From a virus: a stretch of DNA of 64,000 nt. Location: the IMG/VR virus record IMGVR_UViG_3300017761_005873, positions 32,001 through 96,000 of that record; one strand, written 5' to 3'. The notes under the pieces were generated by a model, which was not told the origin of the DNA, did not search any database, and saw only the letters and a list, made by a program, of their open reading frames with translations. Position 1 is the stretch's first letter. Each line of letters begins with the position of its first letter. Positions 59,562-64,000 of this stretch are shown in pieces. Both the position numbers and the translations under genes were made by a program.

Positions 59562-61322
59562 TTAGATTACATCTAACATGAACTCAGAAGGTGATGCAGT
59601 TGGTAAACCTTGTACCAATACTTTACCATAGAACCTGTTGTTAACGACTTTTTTCGCATAACGAGTCATGATACCCATTACAGGTTTGAAGTCAGCAGGA
59701 TTAATGGTCTTAGGCATCAACATCAACGGAACGTATGGAGCGTAGATGTAACCTGCATGGAAGATTGAATCTCCTTTGTGTCCTATAAGAACAACACCAG
59801 CAGGAGCATAAGCATCAACATATACTGTGTATCTGTTAGCTACAGAACCAACTTTCTCAATACCTAAAGAGAACTTAGTTTCTTCAGCAGAAGCATCAGA
59901 AGCATGGAAGTACTCAAGGTCATTAAGAACAGCAGCAACTTCAGGAGAACATACAACCCAGTTTGCACCACCACGAAGAGTAAATTTCATGATACGAGCA
60001 GAGATTTGATTAATCTTAGTAATCAACTCTTGGTTGTAATCTTTACGAGTAATTGCAAATGATTGACCAACATTGTTAAATCTTCTATCGTATGCTGAGT
60101 AATCCCAAACTTCAACATGTGAAGCGGATTTACGAAGGTCACGAAGGATTTCACGGTCAATTTCACCTGATACAACTTCAGAAAGAAGTGCAGTTAATTC
60201 AGCTTCTACGTCAATTGAGTGGAAAGCGTTAACGTCTTGCTGAAGTTCAGGAGTGAAGGTAGCACCTAGCATTCTCTTTTCAACAGAAACGTCAATAAAG
60301 TCAAATGTAAAAGTTACTTGAGGAATCTCAGCATCTTCTTCCATTGAAGAATATGTATTCCAAGTAGCCTGAAGAGTAGTTCCTGCAAAACCATTACCAA
60401 CAGACTTAAGACCCATACCAGTATTTGTAGCATAAGGATTTGTGCTATAAACAGTTCCAGCACTTACAGGAGAATTAAGAATCAATTCAACATCAATGAA
60501 AGTAGTGTCTCTTTTAACGATTTCTTTTGCATAAGCTTGCATTGGAACTCTAAAAGGAATTGGAGAACCACCTGCAATAATAGTAGAACCATCAGCTTGA
60601 GAAGTCAAAGCAGAAGCTGCTGTAATTTTCAAACTCATTAAGAACGACTCAGTATCAACTGCTGAACCAACAGGACCTTGTAATTTACCTTCAGTAGTAT
60701 AAGAAAAACCACTAAGTCTAACTAATGCTCTTGCAGAAGGAGTTGCACTACCTACAGTACCTGAAATAATTTGTACCGATACTTGATTTGAAGTAACTCT
60801 ACCTTTAGTTCTGTCAAAAAGACCTCCAACATCATCAAAATCACTACCATTGTTGTAGAATGAATCATACAATGAAGTAGTCTGATATGGAGTTCCACCA
60901 GTTTTTACACCACTAGAATTATAATTATCAGCAGCATTAGAAAGTACACCATCAAATGTAGAGTGTCTACCACTAGTTCTAGTAGAAATTTTAGGGTTAA
61001 TGAAATACAAACGACCAATCGGCATGTTCATAGCCTGAACAGAAACGATTTCGTTTGCAAGTAATTTTTGGAAAACACGTCTAATGATTGGGAACGCAAC
61101 TGTCTCAAATGAACCTGAAGATGTAGCATCAGTAGATTCATTGATTAAGTAAGACGCTTGGTTCTCATACAATTGAGCAATGTTTTCAGCCATATGACCT
61201 TCAAGGCCATCAAGCAAGCCAAACTGATTCCATTTTTCGGTAATCAATTCACGCTGTTCTCTAAGTTGTCTGTATTCTTGACCAACTTTTCCAGAGTTAA
61301 GGATTTCGGTAATTCCGTACAT
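59562..61322 (-). CDS. Major capsid protein (T4 gp23-like)
   Basis: FPIIRRVF, VSVQAM..P.G, TPELQQDV..H..DVEAEL, EIDREI, GGANWVVCSP, YAPYVPL, GIMTRYA. Confidence 0.96.
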   Translation of the reverse strand: MYGITEILNSGKVGQEYRQLREQRELITEKWNQFGLLDGLEGHMAENIAQLYENQASYLINESTDATSSGSFETVAFPIIRRVFQKLLANEIVSVQAMNMPIGRLYFINPKISTRTSGRHSTFDGVLSNAADNYNSSGVKTGGTPYQTTSLYDSFYNNGSDFDDVGGLFDRTKGRVTSNQVSVQIISGTVGSATPSARALVRLSGFSYTTEGKLQGPVGSAVDTESFLMSLKITAASALTSQADGSTIIAGGSPIPFRVPMQAYAKEIVKRDTTFIDVELILNSPVSAGTVYSTNPYATNTGMGLKSVGNGFAGTTLQATWNTYSSMEEDAEIPQVTFTFDFIDVSVEKRMLGATFTPELQQDVNAFHSIDVEAELTALLSEVVSGEIDREILRDLRKSASHVEVWDYSAYDRRFNNVGQSFAITRKDYNQELITKINQISARIMKFTLRGGANWVVCSPEVAAVLNDLEYFHASDASAEETKFSLGIEKVGSVANRYTVYVDAYAPAGVVLIGHKGDSIFHAGYIYAPYVPLMLMPKTINPADFKPVMGIMTRYAKKVVNNRFYGKVLVQGLPTASPSEFMLDVI

Positions 61323-61346
61323 AATTTTTTAATGTTTTTAATTTAA

Positions 61347-61356
61347 TTTAAATAGT
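61347..61356 (-). promoter_or_regulatory. Late promoter motif ACTATTTAAA upstream of the capsid gene
   Basis: Same motif as at the other structural genes, in the intergenic gap. Confidence 0.65.
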
Positions 61357-61372
61357 AAGATTTTTTCTGTTT

Positions 61373-63310
61373 TTATTTTCTCTTACCAAAATTATAGTTA
61401 AGTAATTGTTTAAACCTATTAGTTTCATCATTTTCATTGATTAAATTCTTTTCTGTGACAATAGCATTGTCAGTTCTATGAACTTTACCAACTTTATTTT
61501 GTACTGATTCTTTTAGTAATGAACCATCTTTAACTGTTTGCCCTTTTGCAAACTCATTTGTTAATGAAATATAAGTTTCTTTAATTTGTTCTTTTGTTTG
61601 TGCATTTGCAAATCGATAAACAATTTCACTTTTCTCATTCTCTCTAAGAGGATGCTCAAGTAAGAATTTATTTACAAATCCTGCTTTTAATGCACTAATT
61701 GTTACATCATAGACTTTATTCTCTAATGATTTAACTTTATTTGCAAAACCTTCTTGAAGGTTTTTCTTTTCTGCTTCAAGTTTTTTAACTTTTTCATGTA
61801 AAGAAGTCATTTCTTCTTCATCCATATCTTCTTCAGAAACAAGAGTAGGTTTTGAACGTCTATCAGGTCTTCCTTGTGCAATAGCATCACCACCCATATT
61901 TCTTACAGATTTATGGGTACGGTCAAATGCACCACTTGCCTCCTCAAGTTCATCTTCTTCTTTCATTGTAGAAAGCATTTCTTCAATTTCAGCTTCTTCA
62001 GACATGTAATCTTCTTCAGGATTAACTTCAAATTTCATATTATTTCTAGATTTACCCTGAAAAGACATTCCTTCACCACCATCATCTTCAAGCATTTTGC
62101 TCATTTCTTCAAGTTCTTCCATAGACATCTCTTCAAACATTTCTTCAAGTTCATTACTTTGAGGATTTTTTGCACCTTTTTGTAGTCTATTCATTCCACT
62201 TGCTCTTTCAGAACGTCTCATAACACTTTCGTCTTCAACATCCATTTCAGCAAGCATTTGATTAATTTGTTCATCAGTTAATTCTGAATCCATATAACCT
62301 TCATCAGACATTGGTTCATCATAATTACCTTCAGGCATATCAATTTCATACATTAAACCTTCATCTTCCATGTCATAACCTTCATCTTCCATGTCATAAC
62401 CTTCATCATACATACCTTCTAATTGAGGTAGAGAATTAGTCCACTCATAATCATCACTACCCATTTCATCTTCCATTTCATCTTCCATTTCATCTTCCAT
62501 TCCATAGTTATCTTTAACGACAAAAGAATCATCTTCCTCCATATTATAATATGCTTCAACTAATTTATTAAAGCTTACGTCTCTAAGGTCTTTTAGAACT
62601 TGTTTTTTAGTATTTTTCATTTTAGTATTATTTCTTTTAAAATTTTCATTTATTTTTTCAAAACTTTTTTCCTCTTCATCAGAATCCATTTCCTCTTCAT
62701 CTTCAGGTTCTGCTAATACTTTATCATCAACATCAACATCTGAAAATTCATCTGAATCATCAAATTCAATATCCTCTTCATCATCAGAATCTAATTCTTC
62801 TTCATCAGATTCCATTTCATCAGAATCCATATCCTCTTCATCATCAGAATCAGAAACTAATTTAAATCCGTGTTCTTCTGCTGCTTTTCTTAGAGTATCT
62901 AAAGACATTTCTTCTTCATCAGATTCCATTTCATCAGAATCCATTTCATCAGAATCCATTTCTTCTTCATCATTATAATCTTCAAGTTCAGAAAGAATTT
63001 CATTCAAAGACATTTCTTTTTTCTTTGATTTTTTAGGTTTTTCTTCTTCCTCTTCTTCCTCTTCATCTTCTTCCTCTTCTTCTTCAGATTCCTTTTCTTC
63101 CTCCTCTTTTTCAGAGTCCTCATCTTCATCCTCTTCTTCTTCGGAATCATCTTCACCTGCAATTAATTTTTCAAACAATGCAGCAGATTTTTTTTCAAGC
63201 AAATCAGCACTTTCATTAATCAATTGCTCTTTGGCAAGTTCCAAAGATTCATTTTTAATATTTTCAAGTTCTTGCAAACTATCTTGTAATAGAGATTTTT
63301 TATTTGTCAT
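61373..63310 (-). CDS. Prohead core / scaffolding protein (gp22-like), extremely acidic
   Basis: Lies between the protease and capsid genes; D/E-rich low complexity; coiled-coil C-terminus; many (L/I)xE sites. Confidence 0.8.
   Translation of the reverse strand: MTNKKSLLQDSLQELENIKNESLELAKEQLINESADLLEKKSAALFEKLIAGEDDSEEEEDEDEDSEKEEEEKESEEEEEEDEEEEEEEEKPKKSKKKEMSLNEILSELEDYNDEEEMDSDEMDSDEMESDEEEMSLDTLRKAAEEHGFKLVSDSDDEEDMDSDEMESDEEELDSDDEEDIEFDDSDEFSDVDVDDKVLAEPEDEEEMDSDEEEKSFEKINENFKRNNTKMKNTKKQVLKDLRDVSFNKLVEAYYNMEEDDSFVVKDNYGMEDEMEDEMEDEMGSDDYEWTNSLPQLEGMYDEGYDMEDEGYDMEDEGLMYEIDMPEGNYDEPMSDEGYMDSELTDEQINQMLAEMDVEDESVMRRSERASGMNRLQKGAKNPQSNELEEMFEEMSMEELEEMSKMLEDDGGEGMSFQGKSRNNMKFEVNPEEDYMSEEAEIEEMLSTMKEEDELEEASGAFDRTHKSVRNMGGDAIAQGRPDRRSKPTLVSEEDMDEEEMTSLHEKVKKLEAEKKNLQEGFANKVKSLENKVYDVTISALKAGFVNKFLLEHPLRENEKSEIVYRFANAQTKEQIKETYISLTNEFAKGQTVKDGSLLKESVQNKVGKVHRTDNAIVTEKNLINENDETNRFKQLLNYNFGKRK
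62357..62500 (-). repeat. Tandem repeats in the scaffold gene (21-bp x2.4 at 62357-62407; 12-bp x3.3 at 62461-62500)
   Basis: Encode YDMEDEG and EDEM units; read directly. Confidence 0.85.
62926..62962 (-). repeat. 15-bp tandem repeat encoding EMDSD units
   Basis: CCATTTCATCAGAAT x2.5 on the plus strand, with degenerate copies near 62680-62850. Confidence 0.8.
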
Positions 63311-63344
63311 TTTATTATATATCTATAATTAATTAGTAAAAAAA

Positions 63345-64000
63345 TTAAGATTTAATTATATTTCTTATGGATTCATCATATTTTTTTACATTATTGTTTT
63401 GAATATTTACCGATTCTTGTAAATTATCATTTTTTGTTTCTAAAAATAAATATGCGTTAGGTGTAGAAGGTGTTGCAACAAGGTCAAAACAAATAAGTTC
63501 AAAATCATCTTGAACAATATTTTTTCCACCTACTTTTTTAACACTACCTAATCCTCTTGAAGAGATACCAAGTTTTAGATTTCTTTGTAAGTAAAGAGCA
63601 ATCTTATCACCAATTGTCCAACCAATACCATCTCTTAGAAATGAATCGCTGACGATAATATCAAGAGTTCCAAATACTGCATTACCTGACCACCAAGTTT
63701 TAGCAATTCTATGAGAAATGTTTTGTAAAGAAATTGTAACAGATTCTGGATGGTCAGCTTCATTAAGTGCTGCATTATCATTAATAAGTTTTTGATATTC
63801 ATCTATTTGTTTTGCTAATATTTCTCTTGGATAAACTCTACCATTACGGTTTAGTACATCAGCTTCTTGAAGTTTGCAATCAATATAGAAATGACTATCA
63901 AAATCATTTTTTCTAACTTTTGAATTTAAATCTTCAAATATTCTTTTATTATTTAATGTTAAATCATTGCTAATAATACCTGCATCGGTTTCAACTAATA
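63345..64000 (-). CDS. Prohead core protein protease (T4 gp21-like), N-terminus outside the window
   Basis: Manual translation: LQEADVLNRNGRVYP, EADHP, ISHRI, LGISSRGLGSV, FDLVATPSTPNAY; stop TAA at 63345-63347. Confidence 0.92.
   Translation of the reverse strand, partial: LVETDAGIISNDLTLNNKRIFEDLNSKVRKNDFDSHFYIDCKLQEADVLNRNGRVYPREILAKQIDEYQKLINDNAALNEADHPESVTISLQNISHRIAKTWWSGNAVFGTLDIIVSDSFLRDGIGWTIGDKIALYLQRNLKLGISSRGLGSVKKVGGKNIVQDDFELICFDLVATPSTPNAYLFLETKNDNLQESVNIQNNNVKKYDESIRNIIKS

Noticed and set aside
876-62185. Short antisense or overlapping ORFs in the track (e.g. 876-1076, 880-1086, 2918-3139, 6316-6624, 18130-18489, 38465-38776, 61874-62185)
   Set aside because: They lie within or opposite well-supported genes and carry no recognisable motifs; they are expected shadow ORFs
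62357-63150. CRISPR-like array
   Set aside because: Repeats are contiguous, in frame and without unique spacers; they encode the acidic scaffold
1-64000. Stop-codon reassignment as in some large Bacteroidota phages
   Set aside because: Conserved genes are full length in the standard code, and TAG (e.g. 19969, 28223) and TGA end genes at plausible boundaries

Overview
This very AT-rich, densely coding window is part of a large, probably jumbo, T4-superfamily-like myovirus genome read in the standard genetic code. Head genes: prohead protease (cut by the window edge), acidic scaffold, gp23-type major capsid and two neck proteins. Contractile-tail genes: sheath, tube, tape measure, hub-assembly chaperone, gp25/gp6-like wedge, gp5-like spike, a hub with a C-terminal lysozyme, and a cluster of paralogous tail/baseplate proteins. 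These are interleaved with replication, recombination and metabolic genes: 5'-3' exonuclease, RecA/UvsX, putative SSB, RuvC-like resolvase, primase, 3'-5' exonuclease, NrdAB, PhoH, Hsp20, two sigma factors and a glycosyltransferase. TAnnTTTG promoter boxes and A-rich leaders without an obvious Shine-Dalgarno point to a Bacteroidota host. I found no tRNA, rRNA, CRISPR array or mobile element. Best leads: (1) a late-promoter-like motif ACTA(T/A)TTA(T/A)A, the reverse complement of the T4 late promoter, often in back-to-back pairs; (2) a candidate U7 programmed frameshift in the tail chaperone upstream of the tape measure gene; (3) a recurrent [S/T][G/A]xT motif in virion proteins next to a phage glycosyltransferase; (4) an unannotated 23-aa GCGCGG micropeptide coupled to a CxxC membrane protein; (5) a long hairpin whose loop is complementary to the start region of a wHTH gene 10 kb away; (6) a three-gene paralog array with constant N-termini and variable C-termini. 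All product calls come from motif recognition by eye, without database searches.
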